Shown: positions 29,008-39,899 of the stretch, in pieces
Numbering within the stretch: the stretch's first letter is position 1
Layout of the letters: every line of letters begins with the position of its first letter
Sequence record: PP355091.1
Direction: 5' to 3' (one strand)
Length of the DNA: 64,000 nt
Origin: Escherichia phage 235Ecol030PP
Notes under the pieces: model-generated
Database searches by the model: none
Seen by the model: only the letters and a program-made list of their open reading frames with translations
What the model was told of the DNA's origin: nothing
Position numbers and translations under genes: made by a program

Positions 29008-29571
29008 TTACCATTCCAATGCTAGTTTTTTGAGTTGTTTCTGTTCTTTTACGTTCTTAGTCACTTCTTTCAAAAAATCATCCGTGACTAAACCTTTTAG
29101 TTCTTTTAATACTAAAGGAAGTTTTCCATTTTTAGTAAGAATTGATTTATAGTTAATTGCATCATTTGTATTAACTTGATACCGCTTAGCAAGTAACTTA
29201 ATAATCAATACTTCGGTGGAATCTTCAACTAGTTTTGCCCATTTACCATATCTTTTACCACGAGGAACTGCAGCCATTAGATAATTAAAATGGGCTTCAT
29301 CACTTAAGCCTGATCCAATTAAATTCATAGCATATACAGCTGGCATGCATTCAGGAAATTGTGATAATGCATTCTCAACCATGTATTTTGAATAATCTTT
29401 TTGAACAATAGAGCATTTAGTTTTATTATTAATAGCTCCAATTATTTCAAAAAACTCATTTTCAGCTTTTTCTTTAAAAGAATCAGCAGCGGATTGGACA
29501 GCTGTCCAATCTTTTGAATACCAAGCAACTTGATGCTCGTTTAATTGAATATCATCTTCAAATAAGCTCAT
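29008..29571 (-). CDS. 62: clamp loader small subunit, ~187 aa
   Basis: start set at MSLFEDD; position between 44 and regA. Confidence 0.8.
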   Translation of the reverse strand: MSLFEDDIQLNEHQVAWYSKDWTAVQSAADSFKEKAENEFFEIIGAINNKTKCSIVQKDYSKYMVENALSQFPECMPAVYAMNLIGSGLSDEAHFNYLMAAVPRGKRYGKWAKLVEDSTEVLIIKLLAKRYQVNTNDAINYKSILTKNGKLPLVLKELKGLVTDDFLKEVTKNVKEQKQLKKLALEW

Positions 29572-29572
29572 A

Positions 29573-30532
29573 TCACTTCCACTGCATTTCACATGCCAAT
29601 TGAATGAAAAGATATGCTAAATGTAATTCAGTATTAGCCGCAATTCCATGATACTGGTTATTTTCACCAACAATTTCATACATACGAATAATACTTTGCG
29701 GAGTTACGCGTGTATAGATTTCTTCGGCAAGTTTACCCACGAACCACGAATAATCAGCCGCGTATTTTGGTGCTAAAGCTCTGAGTTGTTTAACATCTTT
29801 ATTTTTGAGAGACTCAAGAACATCATCAATAGCACCACGATCGTTAGTAACCAGTGATAAAATACCAGCATCCAAAACACCTTTAGATGAATAACTATCG
29901 AGCTCGCCAATAGTTTTACGAAAATCAGGAAAATTCTTTTTAACCAAAGCTGCTACAACTTTCATATCAGCTATAGCAATTCCTTCACGCTTGCAGATTT
30001 CAGTCAATCGACGAATCATCTGCTTCATCATTTCAATTTTATCTTCATCGGTCGGTTGACCGAATGTAATAACTCGGCAGCGTGACTGAAGCGGTTTAAT
30101 AATACCATCAATATTGTTAGCAGTAATAATAATACTACAGTTTGAGCTATAAGCTTCCATAAAGGAACGAAGATGTCGCTGAGACTCTGCTAACCCTGAG
30201 CGGTCAAATTCATCAATAACGATTACTTTTTGACGACCATCAAATGAAGCGGCGCTGGCAAAATTAGTCAAAGGACCACGAACGAAATCAATTTTACAGT
30301 CTGATCCATTTACAAACATCATATCAGCATTTACATCATGACACAATGCTTTTGCTACAGTTGTTTTACCTGTTCCTGGAGAAGGAGAATGAAGAATAAT
30401 ATGTGGAATCTTACCTTTACTTGTAATAGATTTAAAGGTTTCTTTATCAAAGGCGGGAAGAATACATTCATCGATAGTAGATGGACGATATTTCTGTTCA
30501 AGAATGTGTTCTTTTTCATTTACGGTAATCAT
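29573..30532 (-). CDS. 44: clamp loader large subunit (AAA+), ~319 aa
   Basis: Walker [13 protein letters not shown] box, SRC motif. Confidence 0.9.
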   Translation of the reverse strand: MITVNEKEHILEQKYRPSTIDECILPAFDKETFKSITSKGKIPHIILHSPSPGTGKTTVAKALCHDVNADMMFVNGSDCKIDFVRGPLTNFASAASFDGRQKVIVIDEFDRSGLAESQRHLRSFMEAYSSNCSIIITANNIDGIIKPLQSRCRVITFGQPTDEDKIEMMKQMIRRLTEICKREGIAIADMKVVAALVKKNFPDFRKTIGELDSYSSKGVLDAGILSLVTNDRGAIDDVLESLKNKDVKQLRALAPKYAADYSWFVGKLAEEIYTRVTPQSIIRMYEIVGENNQYHGIAANTELHLAYLFIQLACEMQWK

Positions 30533-30565
30533 AATTTCCTCATTCAAGTTTTAGTGTAAATTATA

Positions 30566-30583
30566 AAGGGCCGAAGCCCTTTA
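30566..30583 (-). other. intercistronic UUCG-tetraloop hairpin between genes 45 and 44
   Basis: AAAGGGC-UUCG-GCCCUUU on minus-strand RNA. Confidence 0.6.
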
Positions 30584-31270
30584 TTAAAAATCGTGGGTAG
30601 AATCAGCTTCAAGAGCTACCACATAATTCGCGTGTTCACCTTCAAATTTAGCAGCACCTTGTTTACCTTTTGCCCAGAGCAGAAGTTTATAATTTCCTGG
30701 TTGCATTTTCATATTTGCCATATTGATAATGAAATTAAATGTATTTTCACCATCATAATCACCAAGAGTCAAAGAATATTTAACACGGGTCAGAGCAGAA
30801 TCTTCTACTTTATTAAAACCGTTAATTACGATTTTACCTTCTTTTACCGTGATAGCAATTGTATCAATTTGCAGACCACGAGATACACGCAACAGTTGTT
30901 GAAGGTCTTCAGCTTTAATTTCAGTAACAACAGATGCTACCGGGAATGGAATTGGTTTATTAGGAGCAACTACTGTACTCGGATCGGCTGCTGGCCAAAA
31001 AATTGTTGAGCGGGCATCAGCAATTTTAATATTTCCATCTTCTGACTGGGAAATTTCTGCATCATCATTAACTAGCGACAGAATACCGAGAAAACCGTTC
31101 AAATCGTAAATTGCTACATCAAAATCAATAACGTCAGAAATATTTGCTTCCGCATAAGTTGTACCATTAACTGCGCGAGTCATAATAAATTGACCGGATT
31201 TAAGCATAATACCAGAGTTAATAGTAGCGAAATTTTTCAAAATATTCAGTGTATCTTTAGACAGTTTCAT
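30584..31270 (-). CDS. 45: sliding clamp, 228 aa
   Basis: size 228 aa, position upstream of 44. Confidence 0.85.
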   Translation of the reverse strand: MKLSKDTLNILKNFATINSGIMLKSGQFIMTRAVNGTTYAEANISDVIDFDVAIYDLNGFLGILSLVNDDAEISQSEDGNIKIADARSTIFWPAADPSTVVAPNKPIPFPVASVVTEIKAEDLQQLLRVSRGLQIDTIAITVKEGKIVINGFNKVEDSALTRVKYSLTLGDYDGENTFNFIINMANMKMQPGNYKLLLWAKGKQGAAKFEGEHANYVVALEADSTHDF

Positions 31271-31325
31271 GTAATTTCCTTCAATTCAAATGAGATTTAA
31301 TTTTATAACTAATTTAATAAAGCAA

Positions 31326-31715
31326 TTAACGATTAAAATCAGCTGCGATTGTTTCGGCAACAATTTGAGCAGCAACAATCAGACGTTCATCTGCATTACC
31401 GCAATAATCATCTTCAAGACGTTCACCACATGAAGTCATAATAAATTTAGCACCGGCGTTTAGGGATTCTGTAGTATGTTTGCGCATTAGTTCAATCCAT
31501 TTATTACTTACTTCACGATCGATAGCTTCATAATACGCATGACGAGCAGGTGCAGATTTAATTTTGTTCTGAATAACTTCCATTGCGTTATCAGAAAGAG
31601 ACAAAACCCATGCTCGACGAATTTTATTTTGGTTTTGTGGATTTGATTCAGAACGCACGTGTTTTGGCTGAATATCTTTTACGTCAACAGTATAATTCAC
31701 AGTAATTTTAGTCAT
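31326..31715 (-). CDS. rpbA: hypothetical protein, 129 aa (size and position of RpbA)
   Basis: positional; 129 aa between 46 and 45. Confidence 0.55.
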
Positions 31716-31724
31716 AATACACCT

Positions 31725-31925
31725 TTAGTCATAATAATCAGTAACAGTCCAAGCTTCATTTCTATTGGACATTATTTTTGTATATTCTGATTTAAATGCA
31801 TTCCTAAGCATAGATTCAGTAACTATATGCTCTTCATTAGAAAAATTATTTCTCAGAATATATCGTTTTATTTCAGGAAAAGTTAATAGATGCTGTCCAG
31901 TTGAATATTCCATTTTTTCCTCCAT
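31725..31925 (-). CDS. hypothetical protein, 66 aa
   Basis: ORF. Confidence 0.45.
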   Translation of the reverse strand: MEEKMEYSTGQHLLTFPEIKRYILRNNFSNEEHIVTESMLRNAFKSEYTKIMSNRNEAWTVTDYYD

Positions 31926-31967
31926 AGAGATTATACTCTAATAAATTAAAGCATAATCTCTTATAAA

Positions 31968-33650
31968 TTAAACCATTACAGTAAATCGACCGACTTTCTT
32001 CATTTGAAGATGCTGACCATATTCTTGCGGGTCATGGTCTTTATGCGAAATTATAAAGACATTAGTGTTTTTCATTGAATTTATAATATTAGCTACACCT
32101 TTAATACCTTCGGCATCAAATGACCCATCAAACACTTCATCGAGTATTAATGTACTAATACTAACACCAGATACGATAGAAGCAATATCACGCCAAGTAA
32201 ATAAAAGAGCAATATCGATTCGTGCCTTTTCACCTTCACTAAATGAAGCATAACTAAAATCTTCACGACCACGGGATTTAATTGTCTCATTAAATTCTTC
32301 ATCTAATGTAAACACATAATCCGCTTCCATTATTTTAAGATAATGGTTAATCTGCTTATTAAATAATGGAATGTACTTTTTAATAATAGCACCTTTAATA
32401 CCAGAATCTTTGAGCATATCAGTCAAAATTCCTCGGTGGTATTTTTCCATTACTAAATTAGTTTTTGTCTTAACAATTTTATCAAGTTCTTCTTGAAGCA
32501 GTGCTATTTCATCAGCATGGTCAATAAACTCAGAAGATGCTTTTTCTATAGCCGCTTTAACCTTTTTGGCTTTATCTACCGTCGTGATTAGAGATTGCTT
32601 TTTATTGCGAATATCATTTGCCAACGACTGCTGGGTTTTAATATTATCTCGGTATTCATCAACAAGAACTTTTAAATTATCACGATGTGTTGAAAGCTGT
32701 TCAAACGAATGCGTGCATTCAGAAACTTTATCTTTAATTTTAGAAACAACTTTATCACCGGAACTTAATTGTGACAAACAGGTTGGACATAATCCACCTT
32801 CGTGATACATATTAATGACTTTATTATACGAGTCAATTTTTGATTTAATTAAAACTGCTTCTTGACCGATTTTATTAAATGCATCAGTCGGGTCTTCATC
32901 TAAAACAATATTAACTAATCTTTCATTAGCTTCTTCTATTTCCGATTTTAGCGTTCTAGCTTCTTTTGCCAAATCATCATACATATTTTGAAGACGAGTA
33001 AGGTTGTCACCCGTTAATTTTTTCTGGCGTTCAACGTTATCATTATATATTTTAATTTGTTGGATAATACTATCTTTTTTAACATCAAGCACTTGGTTTT
33101 GTGAATTTAATTCACGTATTAGTGCTTTATTAAGCTTATCCATTTCAGCTAATGTTCCTACCTCAAGCAGGTCTTCCACAAGCTTTCTTCGCGCAGGGGT
33201 CGACAACCCCATGAAAGGGGTATACCCTGCTGTACCAAGGACAACAATCTGCTTGAAACTGGCATATGACATTCCGATAAGCTGTTCAAATTCTGCTTGG
33301 AAATCTTTACTGCTGGCAGATTCATTAAGACGTGTACCGTTAACGGTGATTTCAAAAACGTTCGGTTTTTGTCCTCTTTTGATATAGTACTTTTTCTCAT
33401 CATATTCCATCCACAGTTCAACTAAAAGTTCTTTCTTATTTGTGCTGTTTATTAATTGACCTTTCTTTACATCACGAAATGGCTTGCCAAAAAGCCCAAA
33501 TGTGATGGCTTCTAGCATAGTAGACTTACCACCGCCATTTCGTCCAGTAATAAGAGTTTTTTGAACCTTATCTAATTGAATGTCAACCCCATTTTGACCA
33601 ACTGACATTATATTTTTATATTTTACTCTATTAAGTTTAAAATTCTTCAC
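31968..33650 (-). CDS. 46: recombination nuclease ATPase subunit (Rad50/SbcC-like), 560 aa
   Basis: Walker A GRNGGGKST, central coiled coil with CPTC zinc hook, C-terminal ABC signature/D-loop. Confidence 0.9.
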   Translation of the reverse strand: MKNFKLNRVKYKNIMSVGQNGVDIQLDKVQKTLITGRNGGGKSTMLEAITFGLFGKPFRDVKKGQLINSTNKKELLVELWMEYDEKKYYIKRGQKPNVFEITVNGTRLNESASSKDFQAEFEQLIGMSYASFKQIVVLGTAGYTPFMGLSTPARRKLVEDLLEVGTLAEMDKLNKALIRELNSQNQVLDVKKDSIIQQIKIYNDNVERQKKLTGDNLTRLQNMYDDLAKEARTLKSEIEEANERLVNIVLDEDPTDAFNKIGQEAVLIKSKIDSYNKVINMYHEGGLCPTCLSQLSSGDKVVSKIKDKVSECTHSFEQLSTHRDNLKVLVDEYRDNIKTQQSLANDIRNKKQSLITTVDKAKKVKAAIEKASSEFIDHADEIALLQEELDKIVKTKTNLVMEKYHRGILTDMLKDSGIKGAIIKKYIPLFNKQINHYLKIMEADYVFTLDEEFNETIKSRGREDFSYASFSEGEKARIDIALLFTWRDIASIVSGVSISTLILDEVFDGSFDAEGIKGVANIINSMKNTNVFIISHKDHDPQEYGQHLQMKKVGRFTVMV

Positions 33651-33862
33651 AAAAGATTCCTTTTAATGTATCTTTTAGACCATTCTATCATATCATCATA
33701 ATCTAAAAAGTATTCATCAAATTCAGCCATGCAAACAACACCTTGTGCTGCTTTTGATGTGATATAAATTATTCCAACATATCTAGAATCTTCTTCGGTG
33801 TAATCAATATTTGCTATGAATTCATCGTTAATGTCAAATGTCGAAAACTTCACAGTATGCAT
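33647..33862 (-). CDS. hypothetical protein (start uncertain)
   Basis: ORF coupled to gene 46 start. Confidence 0.4.
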   Translation of the reverse strand: MHTVKFSTFDINDEFIANIDYTEEDSRYVGIIYITSKAAQGVVCMAEFDEYFLDYDDMIEWSKRYIKRNLL

Positions 33863-34097
33863 CCTTAATACAAGATACAGCCATATCTTGTAATGATTTA
33901 GGTGTGTCATTATCTAAAATGTTGAAGTTAAAAGATACGGCCCAATCAGTGCAGACAGTAACCTTTTTAATACAATTATCTTCAACCTCTAGTGGTTCAA
34001 ACCAATATTCAATAATTTCTTTATGCCCAATATCATCTTTTACTTCGCATTCAAAATGCTGACTCATCATAACATTTTTAAATTCATCAAAAGTCAT
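33834..34097 (-). CDS. hypothetical protein, 87 aa
   Basis: ORF coupled to gene 47 stop. Confidence 0.45.
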   Translation of the reverse strand: MTFDEFKNVMMSQHFECEVKDDIGHKEIIEYWFEPLEVEDNCIKKVTVCTDWAVSFNFNILDNDTPKSLQDMAVSCIKDAYCEVFDI

Positions 34098-35113
34098 TGT
34101 GTTGCCTCTACATATAACTGATTTGCATATTGAATAAGTGCTTCACGGTCAGAATCAGTGATGTCTGGAATTGCATTAATGTATTCTTCCATCAATGTCT
34201 GAAGCGATTGAACTTCAACTTCTTCACTGTCATCTGACTCAACAGAGTTATCAATCTTTGACACAACTCGTAATGAATGCACAACTTTCTCTAGTTCAGA
34301 TTCGAACTTCGTTAGATTTTTGTCTACTTCAGTTACTATAACACGTACTGATAGATTTGTAAAATCTTTATAGTCAATTTTTCCTTTAAATGGATAATGA
34401 ATTCTACGATGCCAGGTAGTGTTGTTTGGAATAAATTCCATTCGTTCTGTTTCTGTATCAAACATCCAGAACCCACGAGGGTCATTCTCGTCACCTGCAG
34501 TTAGTGTCCATGGTGTCCCAATATATCTGACGTTAGCAGCCTCAGAGATAGTATGGAAGTGACCAGACCACACTTCTTTATAAGTCTTAAGGAAATCAGG
34601 TTCAAGACCGTGAGATTTCATTCCTTTATAAAAATAAAATCCATTCAGCTCCCAGTGACCAACACAAAAAGAAGCAGATGAAGTTTTGATGTGCTCAAGA
34701 ATTTCACCAGTATTTTCTTCGCACATCCAAGGAATCAAATCAATCAAACATCCGTCAAAATCTACTGTAGTAGGCTTATCATATACTTTAACATTAGGAT
34801 ATTTAGCCAAAAGCTCAGTAGAAGCATTTGGATGCATTACATTTTTGTAGTGGAGATCGTGATTTCCTACAATAGTATGTAATGTGATTCCAGCACCATC
34901 AAGCATTTGAACTATTTCACGGGCAAACTCCATAGTTTTATGTGTGATTGCTTTTCGCACATCAAAAATATCACCATATTGAATCCATACAGTAATTCCA
35001 TTTTTCTTAGAATATTCTATCGCTTGCTTAATTCCATCAATTTGAATACCGCGAATCCACTCATCATCAGCTTTAACGCCTAAATGCCAATCACCTAAAT
35101 TTAAAATTTTCAT
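34094..35113 (-). CDS. 47: recombination nuclease (Mre11/SbcD-like phosphoesterase), 339 aa
   Basis: calcineurin-like motifs GDWHLG, GDIFD, GNHD, GHWE. Confidence 0.9.
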   Translation of the reverse strand: MKILNLGDWHLGVKADDEWIRGIQIDGIKQAIEYSKKNGITVWIQYGDIFDVRKAITHKTMEFAREIVQMLDGAGITLHTIVGNHDLHYKNVMHPNASTELLAKYPNVKVYDKPTTVDFDGCLIDLIPWMCEENTGEILEHIKTSSASFCVGHWELNGFYFYKGMKSHGLEPDFLKTYKEVWSGHFHTISEAANVRYIGTPWTLTAGDENDPRGFWMFDTETERMEFIPNNTTWHRRIHYPFKGKIDYKDFTNLSVRVIVTEVDKNLTKFESELEKVVHSLRVVSKIDNSVESDDSEEVEVQSLQTLMEEYINAIPDITDSDREALIQYANQLYVEATQ

Positions 35114-35265
35114 ATATCAAGAACCGTCATTGAAATGCAAAATAAAATTATTGAAATAAATCCATCTGGAGTGCTAAAGAACCCAATCCAACATGCTCTA
35201 GCAAATAGATAGAATGCAAGAAAAAGTATCACATATCCAAGAAATATCATTATATCAAACTCCAT
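35110..35265 (-). CDS. small hydrophobic membrane protein, 51 aa
   Basis: hand-translated; stop overlaps gene 47 start (ATGA); two hydrophobic segments. Confidence 0.4.
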   Translation of the reverse strand: MEFDIMIFLGYVILFLAFYLFARACWIGFFSTPDGFISIILFCISMTVLDI

Positions 35266-35274
35266 ATAAAGCTA

Positions 35275-35292
35275 AAGGGCCGAAGCCCTTTA
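35275..35292 (-). other. UUCG-tetraloop hairpin overlapping the a-gt stop
   Basis: same AAAGGGCUUCGGCCCUUU element as at 30566. Confidence 0.6.
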
Positions 35293-36492
35293 TTTTGTAA
35301 TAATGTCAAACTGTTCTTTAAAGCAGAAGCTTGAATCTTGATGCTGATACAAAAATTCATATGCTTTTTCTCGCTCACGGTCATAAAGAGCTCGGTCAGA
35401 TGACAGTTCTTTAATACGCTCGAATGTTGATTCCATATCATTTTCATCAAACCAAATGATACCGCTATCATGTGAGGTCAAAGGAGTATTATCAACACGG
35501 AATTTTAAATTTTCGCCAGTAGATTTCCAAAATACCGGAATTGTTCCACATGCACCAAGCTCGAGATGAGTATATTCTAAAGAACGTTGTAAGTATTTCT
35601 GGTTAAGTTTACTCAACTGATATCCAAAGCCAGATTTACTCATTCGTTCAAGCATTTCACTATTAATATAACAATCTAGGATTTGTGCCGGTTGATTCGG
35701 CGTGAGATTCATTTTATCAATCTCACGATTACCATAATATTCATACGGAATACCTTTTTCCTTAATTGCAATAAAAGCAGGGGAACGTTCAAGACCTTCC
35801 ATTACAGTGGATTTACCAGCAGGTTTTAAGAATTTTTCGTGAAAATCAAACATCTGATAAAAACCTTTCCATGTAGTCGTACGACCAATCCAACGGTTGA
35901 TGTTCATGTTAATTTCAGAAACATCTTTCCAGTAGGTTGATCGAACCTTCGCAATATCCATAGGAGGCTGAAAGTTATATACTGCCGGCGCTTCTTCAAT
36001 ATCATCAAACAAAGAAACTGTTTCAGGATACCATTCTTTCATCAGAACTTTATTAAAATCGCCATTATCAGAATGACTAAAAATAACATCAGCTCGACGA
36101 ACAGTTTCTTCTAATCCCAAATTTCGACGCAAAGAAAGAACAGAATGATCATGCTGATAAACTACAACACGAATAGAAGGTTTAATATTATCTAAAAGTT
36201 TTTTATAGTTATTAATCGTGGCTTCTTGAACGGAAGTAGCAGGAACAGAATTAATAATTAGAATATCACAATCATTTACCAGCTTAAGTGCTTTATCGTA
36301 TTCTTTAGCTAAAATAACTGGAATTGAAAATGATTTGTGGTCATGAGAACTTGTACGAGTAAATGATTTATCTTTAGCATAAACCAAAGTTACTTCATGA
36401 CCATTTTTAATAAACCAATCACGTTGCTCAAGAGAAAATTTAGTTACACCGCAACCTTCAAGACCTCGAGCCAGAAAAATGCATACTTTCAT
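35290..36492 (-). CDS. a-gt: DNA alpha-glucosyltransferase, 400 aa
   Basis: size 400 aa and sequence recalled as T4 alpha-gt; putative middle promoter upstream. Confidence 0.8.
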   Translation of the reverse strand: MKVCIFLARGLEGCGVTKFSLEQRDWFIKNGHEVTLVYAKDKSFTRTSSHDHKSFSIPVILAKEYDKALKLVNDCDILIINSVPATSVQEATINNYKKLLDNIKPSIRVVVYQHDHSVLSLRRNLGLEETVRRADVIFSHSDNGDFNKVLMKEWYPETVSLFDDIEEAPAVYNFQPPMDIAKVRSTYWKDVSEINMNINRWIGRTTTWKGFYQMFDFHEKFLKPAGKSTVMEGLERSPAFIAIKEKGIPYEYYGNREIDKMNLTPNQPAQILDCYINSEMLERMSKSGFGYQLSKLNQKYLQRSLEYTHLELGACGTIPVFWKSTGENLKFRVDNTPLTSHDSGIIWFDENDMESTFERIKELSSDRALYDREREKAYEFLYQHQDSSFCFKEQFDIITK

Positions 36493-36516
36493 TTAATATC
36501 CTCATTGTTTTGGTTT

Positions 36517-36542
36517 ATTTTACCAAAAAAATTTATAAAGCA
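36517..36542 (-). promoter_or_regulatory. MotA-box middle promoter candidate upstream of a-gt
   Basis: minus-strand TGCTTTA-13nt-TAAAAT. Confidence 0.4.
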
Positions 36543-36737
36543 ATATAGGAGCCGAAGCTCCTATCCACATAATACGTCATACAGAGGCTCGTTAGAACTT
36601 TTAAATTTTATGCGCTTATATGTTATAGTTCCTTCTGCTTTAGCTTTATCGTGAGCCTCTTTAAAGCGTCTCATCATTTCCTCTTTAGAGGAACGAATTT
36701 TATTATAATCTATTTCAGAAGTCTGGGTGTTCATCTT

Positions 36738-36944
36738 TCATAACTGCCACCATTTTTTGACTTGATAAGAATCAACCCACACTTTCATATTAGGGTCTGC
36801 TCTTACAATAGGAGGATTAACTTCTTTAATTGAACTATCATGGTATTCTTTTTCAGAAATTTTCACACAAAGATGACCATTCAAAGATTCAGTAAATCCT
36901 GCATTAATTTTAAGACGCTTGAATTTTACGTGTGTAAGCATCAA
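36738..36944 (-). CDS. hypothetical protein, 68 aa
   Basis: ORF. Confidence 0.4.
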   Translation of the reverse strand: MMLTHVKFKRLKINAGFTESLNGHLCVKISEKEYHDSSIKEVNPPIVRADPNMKVWVDSYQVKKWWQL

Positions 36945-37227
36945 TCATATCCTCAATCTGCGATCTAGTAGTCTTCCAAAGAATACTGATGAGTTCATCG
37001 TTATATGGCTGTTTTAGAATATCCCGACTTTTCTTGATAGCATATTCGTATTGAGCAAAATTATTATTTTCAGCTGCAATCTGAGCGTGCTTATAAAGAC
37101 GATTCAGTTCACGTTTGTTTTTAGACAATAACTTATTTGCTTTTCTTTCTGCTTCAAGACGGTTCTTTTCTTCAATAGAAGAAATAAGCTTTTCCACTTC
37201 ATCATTGATTTCGGGTTTATCAGTCAT
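36910..37227 (-). CDS. hypothetical helical protein, 105 aa
   Basis: ORF. Confidence 0.5.
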   Translation of the reverse strand: MTDKPEINDEVEKLISSIEEKNRLEAERKANKLLSKNKRELNRLYKHAQIAAENNNFAQYEYAIKKSRDILKQPYNDELISILWKTTRSQIEDMIDAYTRKIQAS

Positions 37228-37228
37228 A

Positions 37229-37447
37229 TTATTTCTCTAATATAAAATAAAAATCATCATCTGTTAAATGATACCGATAGTTTAATTCTACACCATTAGA
37301 TTTAAAAGCGGTATCATACGGATTTTCTGGATCAATATCAATGTCAAGAGCTAAAACTTCCCTGAGATACATTTTAAGTAAATAGGGAATAGCTTCAACT
37401 TCAGGTATTTCTTCCAAGAATCCGGAGAGGTTAATCGTTAGCCTCAT
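37229..37447 (-). CDS. hypothetical protein, 72 aa
   Basis: ORF coupled to gp55 gene. Confidence 0.5.
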
Positions 37448-37994
37448 ATAAAAAATCCAAACTAGGAGAATCGTCTACAACACTTTTCTTTTCAGCCCCC
37501 GGTGTTCTATAGGTTGATTCTTCGTAATGCGTCATTTTATCGTAGATGTCTTGAATAAAAGTTTCATCTACTAACGCAACCATATCGTCGTCACGGCTGT
37601 CATAGACATTGTGAACGAAGTAACTATATTTCTTTGCAACTTCCTTACGTTCTTTTTTAATACGTTGGACGAATGCATTAAAACAAGCTTGAGTTATATA
37701 CGCATGTGGGTTTTTATATTTCGTTTCATCAAAATTATGAAGCCCCTTAATAGAAGCTTCTATACCATCTGCAATCATTTCTTGTTTCCAAGACTGGGTG
37801 TATCCTGAAAAGTTGAAACGTTTAGATAAGCCTTCTGCAATAAGCATAATGGCTAATCCGATAGTATCATTCTGACGAACTACTTTATTTGGGTCTTTAT
37901 TATTTGCTAATTCTGTTTTCCAATCAATAATAGCTTGTAAAAGCTCTTTATTGTTTACGTAATTATATTTAGGCTTAGTTTCTGACATTTTCAC
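37431..37994 (-). CDS. 55: late-transcription sigma factor gp55, 187 aa
   Basis: size and position; recalled N-terminus of T4 gp55. Confidence 0.8.
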
Positions 37995-38066
37995 CTCTTA
38001 GCTCAATTCATAGATCTATTATATCATAACATTTGAAGATCTATCTTAAAGCATAGAGGATATCAG

Positions 38067-38336
38067 TTATCTAAGTAAGCAGTATGCTTGGAATACTTTC
38101 TCCATCATCTTTTTAAATTCATGAATATCTATATAATGACTAGTTAGATCAGCATGATATAAAAAGTCTAAAAACTTTTCATGTGTGCTAACATATTCGC
38201 TTTCATTTAATTCAGAAACATGGCTTTCCCAATATCCAACACCAGTCTTATTTGGGAAAAATGAAATTTTCATATATTGGTCAACATAGAAAATACCAAA
38301 ATTTTCAATAGCAATAGAAATATTAATAAATTTCAT
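38067..38336 (-). CDS. hypothetical protein, 89 aa
   Basis: ORF. Confidence 0.45.
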   Translation of the reverse strand: MKFINISIAIENFGIFYVDQYMKISFFPNKTGVGYWESHVSELNESEYVSTHEKFLDFLYHADLTSHYIDIHEFKKMMEKVFQAYCLLR

Positions 38337-38548
38337 ACATTCATCAACTTAGCCGCTTCAAGAGCTGCATCTAGTGAATCAAATTGGTCAACGTATTCAA
38401 TCAATTCGCCATAATTAGCGTATAACCACCATTGGCTAAATTCATACTCAAGGATGAATCCATTTCCTTCAATTTGAGTTAAACCAATGCCATTTGTATT
38501 TACTTCGTATCCGGCAAGACGCAAATCATTGATAAGAGATTCATTCAT
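38333..38548 (-). CDS. hypothetical protein, 71 aa
   Basis: ORF. Confidence 0.45.
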   Translation of the reverse strand: MNESLINDLRLAGYEVNTNGIGLTQIEGNGFILEYEFSQWWLYANYGELIEYVDQFDSLDAALEAAKLMNV

Positions 38549-38550
38549 AA

Positions 38551-38877
38551 TTATGCCTTAGTAATTTTCAGATCAGCAAATTTTTTCTTGCGTTGATTTT
38601 TCATACGACGAATAGTTTTATCGGAAATTTCATGTTTTTGATAAGCTTTAGATTCTACACCAAAAGCTTTAACATCAAATTCTGACAAGATATATTGAAC
38701 CAACAATTCACGGACAGTATTGCGTCCAATCTTCTGATCATTCTGTTTCATCATCTGATGAAGCTCTTTTTCCCATTTATCCAAAATTTGAGGAGTTACA
38801 ATATCGTCTTTTTCTAGCAAAGAAACTACTTTATCATATGCGTAAGAATTAATGACGTTTTTAATTTGAATAGTCAT
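38551..38877 (-). CDS. hypothetical protein, 108 aa
   Basis: ORF. Confidence 0.5.
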   Translation of the reverse strand: MTIQIKNVINSYAYDKVVSLLEKDDIVTPQILDKWEKELHQMMKQNDQKIGRNTVRELLVQYILSEFDVKAFGVESKAYQKHEISDKTIRRMKNQRKKKFADLKITKA

Positions 38878-38929
38878 ATATTATCCTCAATTACGTTAAA
38901 ATTTTATTATCCAAAAAGGGCCGAAGCCC

Positions 38930-39130
38930 TTAGCTAAACTTTTTGGCACCCTTCCAGCCTTCATACATCATTGCGGCTGATATTAATATTGCTCCTGAGC
39001 AACTTGAATATTTGTGATTCCAAAACCAGTTCAGAAAAACTTCGTCATCAATACCTTGGGCTATCATATTTTCAAAGAACTGACGACGAGCTTCAGCAAT
39101 TCGCTGCGATAATTTAGATTCAGGATTCAT
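38930..39130 (-). CDS. hypothetical protein, 66 aa
   Basis: ORF following UUCG hairpin. Confidence 0.45.
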   Translation of the reverse strand: MNPESKLSQRIAEARRQFFENMIAQGIDDEVFLNWFWNHKYSSCSGAILISAAMMYEGWKGAKKFS

Positions 39131-39272
39131 TTAAATTTCCCACCAATTGCCATTTTCATCAATAAATTCAATCCAGTCATTTACTGACCACTTAGTTGTA
39201 TCGCCTTTTGGAGTAACATTTAAAGTGTATAATCCTTGTTTAAAAAGCATTCGTTTGATATTCATATTTTCC

Positions 39273-39566
39273 TCAGCTATAACGATAGCACTCGTTTGAT
39301 TTACGCTTAGCAACTCGTTGAGAAGTATTGTAATCAAAATCATCGTCAATGTAAACTGATTTTTTCAACTTTCTTACTTCACCGCGTAATTGACGATTTA
39401 GCTCATCTTTAACTTCTGAATCAATGCCTTTCATTCTACGCCATTTATCTGAGCGAAAAATGTTTTCAACCATATCTTTATGACTTACCCCATCAGGAGC
39501 TTTACGCTTTCCGAAATAGTCATAATCACGCACTTTTAAGTCTTTACGACGATACGTTTTACCCAT
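39273..39566 (-). CDS. hypothetical basic protein, ~97 aa (start trimmed)
   Basis: ORF. Confidence 0.4.
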   Translation of the reverse strand: MGKTYRRKDLKVRDYDYFGKRKAPDGVSHKDMVENIFRSDKWRRMKGIDSEVKDELNRQLRGEVRKLKKSVYIDDDFDYNTSQRVAKRKSNECYRYS

Positions 39567-39741
39567 GGAGTTTAATTTCCTTAGCAACTGAACTAAATAC
39601 AGCACGGTCACAAATCATGTGTTTATGTAACTTAAGTATAAGATAATAAACATCATAACCATTTACGTAAGTAACGCGAACAGCATTACCATTAATAAGA
39701 TAATACTGTCCCTTTTTAATTTCTTTATCAACCACAACCAT
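39559..39741 (-). CDS. hypothetical protein, 60 aa
   Basis: ORF downstream of early promoter 39772-39801. Confidence 0.45.
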   Translation of the reverse strand: MVVVDKEIKKGQYYLINGNAVRVTYVNGYDVYYLILKLHKHMICDRAVFSSVAKEIKLHG

Positions 39742-39771
39742 ATCAAATCCTCAAAGGCAATTCATATGTTA

Positions 39772-39801
39772 ATAATACCACGGTTTGAACTTGTTGTAAA
39801 C
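39772..39801 (-). promoter_or_regulatory. T4-type early promoter
   Basis: GTTTAC-18nt-TGGTATTAT. Confidence 0.6.
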
Positions 39802-39899
39802 AACTTTGTGAAAATTATTTTAGGGAATGATAAGAAGGGAACGATAGCTTAGAATGGTAATATACAGAATGTAAGAAAGAAAGGCCCAGAGGGCCCATC

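Noticed and set aside
35250-35471. 73-aa minus-strand ORF overlapping the 3' end of a-gt
   Set aside because: Out-of-frame overlap with a well-supported gene and junk-like translation; replaced by a hand-called 51-aa membrane ORF at 35110-35265.
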